Origin: Minisyncoccia bacterium
GTDB lineage: Bacteria > Patescibacteriota > Minisyncoccia > Phycocordibacterales > Phycocordibacteraceae
Reading direction: 5' to 3'
Length of the DNA: 60,080 nucleotides
Assembly (NCBI GenBank): GCA_038228545.1
Contig: JBBRPE010000002.1
Span: forward strand, 88,426 to 148,505
The notes under the pieces: generated by a model
Seen by the model: the letters and a program-made list of their open reading frames with translations, nothing else
The model's database searches: none
What the model was told of the DNA's origin: nothing
In this document: positions 8,383 to 18,092 of the stretch, piece after piece
How positions within the stretch are numbered: position 1 is the stretch's first letter
How the letters are laid out: each line of letters starts with the position of its first letter
Made by a program: the position numbers and the translations under genes

Positions 8383-10058
8383 CCGCGTGGTAGGTCTACG
8401 ACTCGGAATACCTCATCGAGCGACGTCGTGCCGTTGAGAGCCTTGATAACTCCGTCCTGAGCCATTGTAAGGAAACCTTGACGTACGACATGCTTCGCGA
8501 TGTCACGCTCGCTCGGATTCTCACGGAGATATTCACCAAGCTCCTCATCCATAAATATGGCTTCATACAATCCGACACGTCCTTTGTAGCCAGTGGTTGC
8601 ATCGTCGCCTTCATTCGTGTCTGGTACCCACGTCATCTCAAGAGAAGTAGGCATAAGTGCCGGGTCTGAAATAGTTGAAAGTATTTTCTCAACGAGTTCC
8701 CGTTGTTCACCCACGAGCGGCACCTGCTTGCGCTTCATAGGGTCGAGTGTTCGGATGAGACGTTGGGCCATAGCTACCGTAAGCGCGGAAGAAAAAGCTT
8801 TTGGGTCTGCGCCGAGGTCTACCAGGCGGGGGAAGGTACCGGCTGCGTTGTTGGTGTGGAGTGTTGAGAATACAAAATGACCAGTAAGCGCCGCTTGAAT
8901 AGCCGTCTCCGCTACTTCAGAATCCCGAATTTCCCCCACCATGATGACGTCTGGGTCCTGACGGAGAATAGAACGCAGGCCGGAGGCAAATGTGTATTCC
9001 TTTCCATCAGTCTGAGTCTGTACGATTCCCGCAAGGTGGTACTCAATCGGATCTTCAATCGTAATAATTTTAATATCTGGTGTGTGGATGTGACGAAGGA
9101 ACGTATAGAGCGTCGTCGTTTTTCCAGAGCCGGTCGGGCCCGTCGTGAGCAACATGCCGTTCGGACGTTTCAATTCAAGCTCGAGCCTAGCGAGCAGTTT
9201 AGGGTGTATACCAAGACTATCGAACGTAACGTTAATCGCTTCCGGGTTAAGAACACGTAGTACAACCGATTCACCATAGCCTCCTGGGATAAGTGAGGTA
9301 CGTATTTCGACTTCACTACCCCCGATGTTTACCGAAAAGCGTCCGTCTTGCGCGCGGTCGGTAACGTTGAGCTTCAGGCCGGACAGAAGCTTGATGCGAG
9401 AAGCCAGACCTTGGTAGGTATGTGGGTCGAAACTATAGGCATTTGTGAGAATACCGTCGAGACGTAAACGCAGACGCACACTAGCTTCCTCAGGTTCAAT
9501 GTGGATGTCCGAAGCCTTCATTGCGAACGCAGCGGCGAGGACCTCCTCAAACAATTTTGAGGTCTGTGCGTGCTTACCGTCTGCGAGCATCTGATCAAGA
9601 TGGGCAGTGAATGCCGAAACACTCGTCAGCTTTGCTTCAAGTTCGTCGAGCTCTTGCTTTGGAACAGAGAACATACCCGCATCACTCTCTGTTGCAAAGG
9701 ACATGTCGGCATACCGGTCGAATGCGCGGTCGAGGCTTTTCTGCGAGACGAGGAATTTATTAAGCGTGTAGCCCTCCTCATTAAATGAACGCTCGAGCTC
9801 AGGAAGGGAAGCGTTTTGAGGGTTCTTAATCGCAAGCGAAAGATGCTTACCGTTTTTATCAAACATAACCGCCTCTGCTTCGCGTGCCTTAGCCTCCGGC
9901 AGGAGTCGGATAGCATCCATATTGATAGGAACGATAGTGAGGTCAGTGTAGGCAATGCTGTATTTCTCCGAGAGTATGCGAGCAAGGTCTTCTTCTTCGC
10001 GTTCGCGGATAGTGGCCAGTTTCTGGTCCTCAGCGTCAGTATTGAAAGGCAACGACAT
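8379..10058 (-). CDS. pilB: Type IV pilus / type II secretion assembly ATPase (PilB/GspE family)
   Basis: Walker A GPTGSGKTTT, Asp box, Walker B IMVGEIRD, His box TGH.V.STLHTN, T2SSE N-domain. Start set at MSLPFNTDAED (10058). Confidence 0.9.
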   Translation of the reverse strand: MSLPFNTDAEDQKLATIREREEEDLARILSEKYSIAYTDLTIVPINMDAIRLLPEAKAREAEAVMFDKNGKHLSLAIKNPQNASLPELERSFNEEGYTLNKFLVSQKSLDRAFDRYADMSFATESDAGMFSVPKQELDELEAKLTSVSAFTAHLDQMLADGKHAQTSKLFEEVLAAAFAMKASDIHIEPEEASVRLRLRLDGILTNAYSFDPHTYQGLASRIKLLSGLKLNVTDRAQDGRFSVNIGGSEVEIRTSLIPGGYGESVVLRVLNPEAINVTFDSLGIHPKLLARLELELKRPNGMLLTTGPTGSGKTTTLYTFLRHIHTPDIKIITIEDPIEYHLAGIVQTQTDGKEYTFASGLRSILRQDPDVIMVGEIRDSEVAETAIQAALTGHFVFSTLHTNNAAGTFPRLVDLGADPKAFSSALTVAMAQRLIRTLDPMKRKQVPLVGEQRELVEKILSTISDPALMPTSLEMTWVPDTNEGDDATTGYKGRVGLYEAIFMDEELGEYLRENPSERDIAKHVVRQGFLTMAQDGVIKALNGTTSLDEVFRVVDLPRG

Positions 10059-10161
10059 AAAGGCATCATACCACCGCCCATATTCGGCCTTATAGATACT
10101 TGACAAAACAGCTAAATGTGCGCTATAATATATACTGCGAAACCATGGAAGGAACTCGCCA

Positions 10162-10956
10162 ATGCGTATCCAAACCCTGGCCGCTCTTTCGAGTCTGGCC
10201 ATAAGCGTAATTCTGGGCTTCGGCACCTCAGCCGTCGCCCAGGAGTATCTCACCCTGTCGGAACGGAATTCCGGAGCTCAGCCTGCCGCTGTTCCGCAGG
10301 ACGTTCGGGTGGTTAGCGCACCCGCGCGCCAATCGGCGCCCGAGGCCGTCTTCCGGCCCGTTCGCCCACAGTTCACGAGTGAGCGCCATCCCGGTGCCCA
10401 CATCAGTTGTTGGTACTACGGTCCCGATACCCCGATGCTCTGCACCTTTACGGTGCAGGTGCGCGGGCAGACGGCGACTTTCAATGATGAAACCCCGAGG
10501 TGCTTTATGCCTCGCGGCAACGTCGAAGTAGACCTCGCTCGTTGCGATTCGGCAAATCCGCCGGTTCGCATGCCGGCTGCTGCGTCTGTGGCTCAACCGC
10601 CACGGACGTCGCCACAGGACCAGTTGGCGGTGGCGAGCTTCAACGCCCGTCCGAACACAAGGACGTCTACTGGCCTCGCGGTCGTGTACCGCGAAACGAC
10701 GGAACCGACACAAGGCGGTGGGACCCAACACACAATTGAGCGGGCGCAACCGATCATTCGGTGCGTGCTCCTCATCCTCTGTGTGGAAGAAAACGCCGAC
10801 GGTACCCCGTACTACGATCAAGGGTACCGCTACGGTGACTCGTCTGGGTACTACAGCCCTAACTACACCTACCGCAACAACTATGTCCGGCACGGCAGCT
10901 ACGGTGGCTGCGGGAATCCCCCCGGCTACACTGGGCCTATCCGCCCGGCGTGCTAA
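10162..10956 (+). CDS. Orphan secreted protein, visibly GC-rich gene
   Basis: Signal-peptide-like N-terminus MRIQTLAALSSLAISVILGFGTSAVAQE, several Cys, Tyr/Gly-rich C-terminus. A long antisense ORF (10228-10893) is consistent with high G+C rather than a second gene. Confidence 0.55.
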   Translation: MRIQTLAALSSLAISVILGFGTSAVAQEYLTLSERNSGAQPAAVPQDVRVVSAPARQSAPEAVFRPVRPQFTSERHPGAHISCWYYGPDTPMLCTFTVQVRGQTATFNDETPRCFMPRGNVEVDLARCDSANPPVRMPAAASVAQPPRTSPQDQLAVASFNARPNTRTSTGLAVVYRETTEPTQGGGTQHTIERAQPIIRCVLLILCVEENADGTPYYDQGYRYGDSSGYYSPNYTYRNNYVRHGSYGGCGNPPGYTGPIRPAC

Positions 10957-11005
10957 TGGTTCTGGCCAGACTTAACAACTTCAAACGTCCGTCCACCCTC
11001 AAGGT

Positions 11006-11488
11006 GTGACGGGCGTTTTTCTTTTCATACGTAAGAAAGGGTACAATCAGGCTGTGGAAAAGAAACTCACTACACGAGAGGAGCTTGAGCTGGAAGCGCG
11101 CGAATTCACTAACAGGCTTACTTCCGGAGCTTCAGCAACTCTCATCACGCTCTCAGGAGAACTTGGAGCAGGGAAGACAACATTCACGCAGGCGGTTGCG
11201 AAAGCGCTCGGTGTCTCCGAGTCGGTAACGAGTCCTACCTTTGTACTTGAAAAAACCTACGACCTTCCTGCGGGCGGGACATTTAGAAAACTCGTACACA
11301 TTGATGCGTACCGACTCAAACTTCCGAGTGAGCTACACGCGCTCGGATTCTTTAGTCGTATGGAAGACCCGTCGAACCTCATACTCCTCGAGTGGCCTGA
11401 GCGAGTTGCGAGTAAGCTTCCTCCTGCAACGGTCGCCATTACTCTCATGGTTAATGACGACACCTCACGAACTATTATCTATGGCTAA
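11006..11488 (+). CDS. tsaE: tRNA t6A37 biosynthesis ATPase TsaE
   Basis: LSGELGAGKTTFTQ P-loop, SPTF.L, H.D.YRL motifs. An alternative GTG start exists at 11054. Confidence 0.85.
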   Translation: MTGVFLFIRKKGYNQAVEKKLTTREELELEAREFTNRLTSGASATLITLSGELGAGKTTFTQAVAKALGVSESVTSPTFVLEKTYDLPAGGTFRKLVHIDAYRLKLPSELHALGFFSRMEDPSNLILLEWPERVASKLPPATVAITLMVNDDTSRTIIYG

Positions 11489-13898
11489 ATCAACGAAAGC
11501 TCCGGGAACAAAACGCATTGTCGTACTCGATTCACACGCAATTATTCACCGTGCCTATCACGCATTACCGGACTTTACCGGCCCGGACGGTGCTCCCACT
11601 GGCGCGCTCTATGGACTCGCCTCCATGTTGTTGCGTATCTTCGGTGACTTGAAGCCGGACTACATCGTCGCGGCGTATGACCTTGCGGGCCCTACAGTTC
11701 GCCATGAAGCATATGCAGAATACAAAGGCACACGCACCAAAAGCGACGACGCACTCATAGCGCAACTCACGACATCTCGGGATGTGTTCGCAGCGTTTTC
11801 TGTACCCATATATGAACGTGCAGGATTCGAAGCCGATGATGTTATCGGCACGATTGTAAAACTTCTTGAAAAAGACAAGAGTATGGAAGTCGTTATTGCT
11901 TCCGGTGATATGGACACCATGCAGCTTATCGAAGGAAAGAAAGTGCAGGTCTACACTCTTAAGAAAGGATTGAATGACACTATTTTGTACGACGAACAGG
12001 CGGTGATAGATAGATATGGATTCGCTCCAGAATTCATCGCTGATTACAAAGGTTTGCGTGGTGACCCGTCCGACAATATTAAGGGAGTGCCTGGCATTGG
12101 AGAGAAGACTGCCACAGAACTTATACAAGGATTCGGCACGGTAGAAAATCTCTACAAAATTCTAAAGAAAAGTCAGCAACCGCTCCTTGATAAAGGTATC
12201 AAACCTCGCATCATTGGGCTTCTCGAACAGTACGAAGAGGACGCGTTGTTCTCAAAGATGCTTGCAACCATTCGTGACGACGCACCGATAGCGTTCCAGG
12301 TTCCGAAAGAAGAGTGGCATGAAGAGGTGAACTTGGCGCGCATCACGAAACTCTTCGATGAACTCGGCTTCCGTTCACTGCGCGGACGAGCACAATCGCT
12401 ACTCGGCAGTGGCGAAGAAGCTGAAGATGATGAGCAGGAAGGGGAAGGAGTACTCACAAATGAAGACGATATTCCCCACGAACGCCTTGAGGAAGCAAAG
12501 GTAATGTTATGGCTTATATGTTCTGAGTTCACCAACCCAAGTCTTGAAGATGTTCTGGGTTACACCAATGCGCAGACGTTCGATGAGGCGTACGCGTCGC
12601 TTGAGAAAAGTGTCACAGAGACCGGGCGTTTGCAAAGTGTGTACGACGATATTGAGCGACCACTTATTCCAATTATCGAACGTATGAAGGAGTACGGTGT
12701 TCTGATCGATAAAAAAGCGCTCGCAAAACTTTCTACAACGTACGGTACGGAACTTGAAGCAATTCAAACCCGCATCTACAAAGCAGCAGGGCATGAGTTT
12801 AATATCGCGTCACCGAAACAACTTGGCGATGTGCTCTTTGATGAACTCGACTTAAAAACACCCGGTGCCAAATCACAAAAAAAGACAGCAACCGGTCAAC
12901 GCTCAACAAAAGAGTCCGAGCTTGAGAAACTCCGTGAACTGCATCCGATTATCGAGGACATTCTTGAGTATCGCGGACTCGCAAAACTCCTCGGTACCTA
13001 TATAGAAAGCATTCCACCACTACTTGATGCGAACGACAGACTGCATGCGCAGTTCCTCCAGTACGGAGCTGTGACCGGACGCATGGCAAGCGAAAAGCCA
13101 GGTCTTCAAAACATTCCCGTACGTACAGAACGTGGCCGTGCCATTCGCCATGCGTTTATTGCTCCGCCAGAGAAGACACTTCTTGCTCTCGACTACTCAC
13201 AAATTGAACTGCGTATTGCCGCCATGCTTTCAGGGGATGAAAAACTCATCGAGATTTTTAAAAGCGGTAGGGACGTGCATCGTGAAGTCGCTGCGGCTGT
13301 GTTCAGTGTTGCTCCAGAGCAGGTAGACGCTGAAATGCGCCGCCGCGCGAAGATTATCAATTTCGGCATTCTGTACGGCATGGGTGTCAACGCCCTCAAA
13401 GCTCAGCTCGGTACGTCCATAGGTGAAGCGCACAAATTTTACGAAGACTACTTCACAACGTTTGATACGCTCGCAAAATATCTTGAATCAACACGCGGGT
13501 TTGCACGCAAGAACGGTTTCACTGAAACGTTATATGGCCGCCGCCGTCAATTTCCCGAGATGAAGTCTCCGCTTCCTTACGTACGCGCTCAGGCTGAACG
13601 TATGGCAATTAATGCACCAATACAAGGAACACAGGCGGACATCATCAAGCTCGCCATGGTGGAAGTCGACGAAATGCTCAAGAAAGAGAAGTTGAGCGAC
13701 GATGTGCACCTTTTGCTACAAGTGCACGATGAACTTGTGTATGAAGTTCCGAAAGAGAAGCTTCAGGAACTTTGTGTGCAGATTAAGAAAATAATGGAGA
13801 GCGTCCTTTCAGAAAAAGATACGCTGGGAGTGCCGGTACTGGCTGAAGCGAAGTCCGGAACCACATGGGGAGACGCTGTCCCCTTGTTGATTATCTAG
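11481..13898 (+). CDS. polA: DNA polymerase I (5' nuclease plus polymerase domains, short middle region)
   Basis: Start at MAKSTKAPGTKRIVVLD, overlapping the tsaE stop by 8 nt. 5'-3' exonuclease motifs (DSHAIIHRAYHA, GDPSDNIKGVPGIGEKTA) and Pol A motifs (DYSQIELR, RRRAKIINFGILYG, QVHDELV). Confidence 0.93.
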   Translation: MAKSTKAPGTKRIVVLDSHAIIHRAYHALPDFTGPDGAPTGALYGLASMLLRIFGDLKPDYIVAAYDLAGPTVRHEAYAEYKGTRTKSDDALIAQLTTSRDVFAAFSVPIYERAGFEADDVIGTIVKLLEKDKSMEVVIASGDMDTMQLIEGKKVQVYTLKKGLNDTILYDEQAVIDRYGFAPEFIADYKGLRGDPSDNIKGVPGIGEKTATELIQGFGTVENLYKILKKSQQPLLDKGIKPRIIGLLEQYEEDALFSKMLATIRDDAPIAFQVPKEEWHEEVNLARITKLFDELGFRSLRGRAQSLLGSGEEAEDDEQEGEGVLTNEDDIPHERLEEAKVMLWLICSEFTNPSLEDVLGYTNAQTFDEAYASLEKSVTETGRLQSVYDDIERPLIPIIERMKEYGVLIDKKALAKLSTTYGTELEAIQTRIYKAAGHEFNIASPKQLGDVLFDELDLKTPGAKSQKKTATGQRSTKESELEKLRELHPIIEDILEYRGLAKLLGTYIESIPPLLDANDRLHAQFLQYGAVTGRMASEKPGLQNIPVRTERGRAIRHAFIAPPEKTLLALDYSQIELRIAAMLSGDEKLIEIFKSGRDVHREVAAAVFSVAPEQVDAEMRRRAKIINFGILYGMGVNALKAQLGTSIGEAHKFYEDYFTTFDTLAKYLESTRGFARKNGFTETLYGRRRQFPEMKSPLPYVRAQAERMAINAPIQGTQADIIKLAMVEVDEMLKKEKLSDDVHLLLQVHDELVYEVPKEKLQELCVQIKKIMESVLSEKDTLGVPVLAEAKSGTTWGDAVPLLII

Positions 13899-13955
13899 CT
13901 CGGGCGTATTCTCCGTCTTAGGTCGCGCATACACGACGCGACAGGAGGTTACGCA

Positions 13956-14174
13956 ATGGGAACTCTACTCAAAGGAGCTTGGGAAGCGAGAAAACCCAAA
14001 CCCCGGCTTTTTAATCGACGTACCAAGACCCTCCTGGTGCTCTGTGCCCTCGGACTGCTGTTCACAGCCATGGTTGTGAACCATAACCGTACGGAACGGA
14101 ACGAAGGAACGATCAGGTCACTCCAGGACTTCGAGCACCAACTGGATGCGGCACTGCTTCACCCACGCAACTAG
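13956..14174 (+). CDS. Small membrane protein (72 aa, one TM)
   Basis: Strong AGGAGG 7 nt upstream of the ATG, hydrophobic helix LLVLCALGLLFTAMVV, hairpin terminator at about 14196-14222. Confidence 0.5.
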   Translation: MGTLLKGAWEARKPKPRLFNRRTKTLLVLCALGLLFTAMVVNHNRTERNEGTIRSLQDFEHQLDAALLHPRN

Positions 14175-14236
14175 AGCGTAAGCTCGAATAGAGAAGGAGT
14201 CGCGCCAGCGGCTCCTTTTTCGTTTACACTGTACCT

Positions 14237-14887
14237 ATGCTCTACCTCTTTGAGGGAAACGACGTTGAAAAAATCCGCACCAAGGCATTTGCCTGGATTG
14301 CCGCTGCTCGTGCCAAGCGCCCGGACGCTCCCTACGTCCGCCTTGGTGCGGATGCCATTACTGCTGCCGCGCTTGAAGAAGTGGTGCAGTCACAAGGGCT
14401 CTTCTTTTCACAGATGCTGGTGCTTATTGATGACCCGTTTTCCCTGACTGCTGCCGGTGACGTCGTTCTTGAGGCGCTTCCACAACTCATCGCGTCACAA
14501 AACCCGATTGGTATCATTGCTCCAAAACTGCTTGCCACACGTGCAAAGAAACTGAAGGCTGGCGCAGAGAAGGTGTTTACTGTAGACGTAGCGGAAAAGA
14601 AGCCGGCGCGAGGATTTAATAGTGGTCTCGTGAATGCACTTGCTGCACGGGACCGTGTCGGACTCTGGAAAGAAATCATACGAGCGAAGCGTGCGGGTGA
14701 TGTGCCGGAAATGCTCCACGGACTGTTGCACTGGAAAGCTCGCGATTTGATGCAAAAAGGTGGACGAGGATGGACTGTGGGAGAAGCGCGGGAGCTCTCA
14801 ATGAAACTTATCGAACTCCTGTCAGACTCAAGGAGTGGAGATTTACCACTTGAGATGGCGTTGGAACGCTTTGCGCTTTCGATGTAA
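14237..14887 (+). CDS. holA: DNA polymerase III delta subunit-like protein (short HolA)
   Basis: MLYLFEGND.. N-terminus, GLFFSQMLVLIDD and a helical C-terminal half resemble delta subunits. Weak, pattern-level call. Confidence 0.5.
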   Translation: MLYLFEGNDVEKIRTKAFAWIAAARAKRPDAPYVRLGADAITAAALEEVVQSQGLFFSQMLVLIDDPFSLTAAGDVVLEALPQLIASQNPIGIIAPKLLATRAKKLKAGAEKVFTVDVAEKKPARGFNSGLVNALAARDRVGLWKEIIRAKRAGDVPEMLHGLLHWKARDLMQKGGRGWTVGEARELSMKLIELLSDSRSGDLPLEMALERFALSM

Positions 14888-15011
14888 ACGTCCCGTACTG
14901 GGGATTGTGGTCACGGTTTGCGGCTCTTGTGTTCCACGTATTCACACACGAGCTCGCAACCTCGACCCGGGCTCGTCCGTTTTCATGGGAATGAAAACAT
15001 GACTCCGCCTC

Positions 15012-15059
15012 GCACCCGAAAAGAAAAACAGCACGCAGGTGCTGTTTTTCTTCGGGTGC
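15012..15059. terminator. Long bidirectional hairpin whose stem includes the last nucleotides of tRNA-Lys
   Basis: GCACCCGAAAAGAAAAACAGCAC-GCAG-GTGCTGTTTTTCTTCGGGTGC; the right arm overlaps the tRNA-Lys 3' end (15057-15059). Confidence 0.7.
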
Positions 15060-15129
15060 GCCCAGATGGACTTGAACCATCGACCGTCTCCTTAAAAGGG
15101 AGCTGCTCTACCAGCTGAGCTATGGGCGC
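15057..15129 (-). tRNA. tRNA-Lys (anticodon TTT)
   Basis: Hand-folded cloverleaf: acceptor GCGCCCA/TGGGCGC, D arm GCTC..GAGC, anticodon loop CTTTTAA, T arm GATGG-TTCAAGT-CCATC. CCA not encoded. Confidence 0.88.
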
Positions 15130-15248
15130 GAATGAGGTCGAACGAAATATATCATTCTTGATGAGATATTTCGTTTGCGCCGAGTGAGCAGGCCACAAGC
15201 CTACTTATGGGCGCGCCTTTGCAAACTACCATTTGCGAGCGGTCTTTT

Positions 15249-15854
15249 CTAGTAGGAGTAGGTATCGACCAAGGAACCAGTACCGTTCTTGAGAATTATT
15301 GTTTCTGTAGATGAGGCGTAGAGTTCCTGGCTTTGCCCGAGAGAAATGCACGAAGCACCCACACTGCATACACCATTTTGTGACGCCGTGCCGGTAACAA
15401 TCGTAATTTTAGCTCGCGGTAAAAGAGTGAACGGAGGAATAGTTGCGGAAGCACCCGACGATTTACTGGTCAGTGTCCAACCAGCGGCTGTTGTTGTGGC
15501 AAATCCTGAATTAACGATTGATATGTATTCTCTGTTTGGGTCAGTAGTGTGCGGTCCAACAGACGAACGTTCGATATACACCGAACTACCAGAAGACGAA
15601 TCCGACGTGCGGGTATAGGCGTCACCCTTTGAAATAGTTGCGGTTGCTCCGCCTATCTGACGCGGGTACGAGCCAGAATTAATGGGGTTTGTCGGTGCAA
15701 GACCTCTGTATCCCTGAGACTCTTCGCCCGAACGTGTGACGGGAGTAATAAATGGTCCTTGACGTGCAATAGGGCGTGTCGGACCACCAGTTGCTACCCA
15801 CGCGACGAATATAAAAATAATGGCGGTTATCACAAATAACCCGTCGGCTTTCAT
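15249..15854 (-). CDS. Secreted/membrane-anchored protein with a lamin-tail-like (LTD) domain
   Basis: N-terminal TM helix. C-terminal EYISIVNSG...AGWTLTS...ITIVTG...TIILKNGTGSLVDTYSY matches the LTD beta-sandwich pattern. Confidence 0.6.
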   Translation of the reverse strand: MKADGLFVITAIIFIFVAWVATGGPTRPIARQGPFITPVTRSGEESQGYRGLAPTNPINSGSYPRQIGGATATISKGDAYTRTSDSSSGSSVYIERSSVGPHTTDPNREYISIVNSGFATTTAAGWTLTSKSSGASATIPPFTLLPRAKITIVTGTASQNGVCSVGASCISLGQSQELYASSTETIILKNGTGSLVDTYSY

Positions 15855-15870
15855 GAAGGTATGATACCAG

Positions 15871-17130
15871 CTACTTTCTGAGCTTTGTAAGTTCTTCGCG
15901 TACTACGTCGGCATCGCTCCACACCTCCTTTGCGCCACCCGCTCGCATTATGTACGGGTCCGTTCCTTTGCCGGTTACCAGAACAACATCACCCGACCGT
16001 GCCTTCGCCAGTGCCGTCTGTATAGCCATGCGACGGTCCATGATAATCTCCGGAGTACGCTTCATGCCCGCGGCCATAGCATCTACGATTTGTCTCGGGT
16101 CTTCATTGTAGGGGTCTTCATCGGTCAGTATCACGTGGGCGCAGTGTTCGTCAGCAATACGCCCCATTTCTGGACGCTTCCAGGTGTCGCGTCCTCCACC
16201 GGTATTTCCAAGTACGCATATCTTCGGGCGTGTCCCGTACGCGCTATAGAGCGCCTCGAGCGAATCAGGCGTATGCGCGTAATCAACGACTGCAAGAAAA
16301 TCTTGCCCAGCTTCAATACGCTCTGCGCGTCCTGCGATACGCGTGAGCTTGGCGAGGCCACTAGAAATAGTCGAAAGGGGAATTCCAAGAAATTCTGCTG
16401 TTCGTATAGTCGCAAGCGCGTTCAGAGCACTGAAGGCACCTGGATGCGGAAGAGTAAACGTTTGTCCACCATACATAAAGGAAATTCCCTCATCCTTCAA
16501 AACCAAGTTTTCTGCTTGAGTGAGTGAGAAGGGAAGCTTCTCCTCGACAGCAAGCTTCAGAAAACGTTCACCATACGGGTTGTCGGCGTTCGCAATGATT
16601 GCACGCGGCCGCTTTGGTGAGTTTTCAAGAGCATGACCAATGCGGAGTTTCGCGCGAGCGTAGTTTTCCATGCCACCATGGCTCTCCAAATGTTCCTTCT
16701 CCAAGTTGGTGAAGATGAGCGCATTCATGTCGAGAAAGAGATGGCGATACTGTAACGCCGCTTCACTCGTTACTTCTATGACCGCATGGGTCGCGCCTTT
16801 CTCCACGGCCTCATAGAGGAATTTCTGAATGAATCCACGTCCAGGAAGTGTCATCTTGAACTTGTTCGGTCGGACCTCCTCACCTATCGCAAAATGAATA
16901 GTGCTTGATAGTGCGACGGTGTGTCCAGCTTCTTTGAGCACCGCGGTGAGCATTTCACTTACCGATGATTTACCCTTTGTTCCAGTGACACCTATCACTG
17001 TGAGACGCCGCGCAGGGAAACCGTAGGTGTAGCCGGTGAAGAGAGTCCAGGCGAAATGATACGGGGCAAGAATGGCCCGGTACACAGAGCGCGGCAGTAG
17101 TGATTCAATGAATTGTTTAAGTCCGTTCAT
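15871..17130 (-). CDS. murE: Mur ligase family protein, MurE-like (UDP-MurNAc-tripeptide synthetase)
   Basis: GVTGTKGKSS P-loop, EVTSEAL, TNLEKEHLESHGGMENYARAK, DYAHTPDSLEALY. Confidence 0.75.
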   Translation of the reverse strand: MNGLKQFIESLLPRSVYRAILAPYHFAWTLFTGYTYGFPARRLTVIGVTGTKGKSSVSEMLTAVLKEAGHTVALSSTIHFAIGEEVRPNKFKMTLPGRGFIQKFLYEAVEKGATHAVIEVTSEAALQYRHLFLDMNALIFTNLEKEHLESHGGMENYARAKLRIGHALENSPKRPRAIIANADNPYGERFLKLAVEEKLPFSLTQAENLVLKDEGISFMYGGQTFTLPHPGAFSALNALATIRTAEFLGIPLSTISSGLAKLTRIAGRAERIEAGQDFLAVVDYAHTPDSLEALYSAYGTRPKICVLGNTGGGRDTWKRPEMGRIADEHCAHVILTDEDPYNEDPRQIVDAMAAGMKRTPEIIMDRRMAIQTALAKARSGDVVLVTGKGTDPYIMRAGGAKEVWSDADVVREELTKLRK

Positions 17131-17131
17131 A

Positions 17132-17683
17132 TTAACGAGACCCTGCTGAAAGTGCCGCTTTCAGACGCGCATCCTTTCCGAGGACATCTTTAGGAATATT
17201 AGAAACTGACATCCGTGCTTCGCGCTCCGTGTATCCAAGCGCTATGAGCGTATCAAAGACTTCGGAATCACCCTCGTCGTGTGCGCTTACGTCACCCATT
17301 TTTTCTGAGAGCTCAACCAATATCTTTTCAGCGGCTTTCTTGCCCATACCAGCAACGTGAGTAAGGTATTCAAGATCTCGTTTCCCAATAGCACCCATGA
17401 GCGACTCACGTGGTGCTTTACGAAGTATCCCGAGAGCGGTCTTCGGACCTACACCCGGGACGTCAAGCAGTTGTTCGAAAAAGGAAAGGTCCTCCGTTTC
17501 AGTGAATCCATACAATTCAAGACCGTCTTGTTTGAGAGCGAGGTAGGTAAAAAGAGTGGCCTCGCTCCCAATACGCAGAGCCTCAGTTGAGTTCATGGAA
17601 ATCTCGACGCCCCAGCCAGAAATCTCAATGACCGCACTTCCTGGAGCAATTGAGAGGACGGTCCCTCGTACCCGCTTTATCAT
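17132..17683 (-). CDS. ruvA: Holliday junction DNA helicase subunit RuvA
   Basis: MIKRVRGTV.. OB-fold N-terminus, HhH motifs (LLDVPGVGPKTALGIL, HVAGMGKKAAEKIL), C-terminal domain III. Confidence 0.9.
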   Translation of the reverse strand: MIKRVRGTVLSIAPGSAVIEISGWGVEISMNSTEALRIGSEATLFTYLALKQDGLELYGFTETEDLSFFEQLLDVPGVGPKTALGILRKAPRESLMGAIGKRDLEYLTHVAGMGKKAAEKILVELSEKMGDVSAHDEGDSEVFDTLIALGYTEREARMSVSNIPKDVLGKDARLKAALSAGSR

Positions 17684-17779
17684 ATAAAGGTATCGTAGCA
17701 CCTCGGCTAACTCCTCAGATAGCCCGTTCCTACGGCCTATCTTGCGGAATAGAAGCGTCTAGCGTACTATGCCGACACA

Positions 17780-18046
17780 ATGGCTATCACGAAATCAGCT
17801 AAGAAGGCGCACCGCGCGAGCTTGAAGAAGCACGTGTATAACGTCCGTCGTAAGCGCGCACTTACCGAAACGACGAAGACGGTAAAGAAGCTCATCACCA
17901 CTGACACCAAGGAGGCTACCAAGTCTCTTGCGGCTGCCTACCAGGCTATCGACAAGGCAGCGAAGCGCGGAGTTATCAAGAAGAACACCGCATCTCGCAA
18001 GAAGTCCCGTCTTGCGCTCGCGATAAAGCGCGCAGAAGGTAAGTAA
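17780..18046 (+). CDS. rpsT: 30S ribosomal protein S20
   Basis: 88 aa, basic, MAITKSAKKAHRASLKK.. and ..IDKAAKRGVIKKNTASRKKSRL. Confidence 0.92.
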   Translation: MAITKSAKKAHRASLKKHVYNVRRKRALTETTKTVKKLITTDTKEATKSLAAAYQAIDKAAKRGVIKKNTASRKKSRLALAIKRAEGK

Positions 18047-18048
18047 CT

Positions 18049-18092
18049 GCACAAAAGTAAAACCGCCCGGAAGGGCGATTTTACTTTTGTGC
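18049..18092 (+). terminator. rpsT terminator hairpin
   Basis: GCACAAAAGTAAAA-CGCCC-GGAA-GGGCG-TTTTACTTTTGTGC; the right arm is part of the distal tRNA-Arg 3'-end repeat. Confidence 0.75.

Noticed and set aside
10228-10893. 221-aa minus-strand ORF antisense to the GC-rich orphan gene.
   Set aside because: Arg/Pro-rich translation typical of an antisense frame in GC-rich DNA, with no start context. The + strand frame has a signal peptide and Shine-Dalgarno-like GGAAGGA.
11241-11480. Upstream 80 codons of the tracked polA ORF (start 11241).
   Set aside because: They overlap tsaE out of frame. The conserved 5'-nuclease N-terminus begins at MAKSTKAPGTKRIVVLD (11481) with an ATGGCTAA start/stop overlap.
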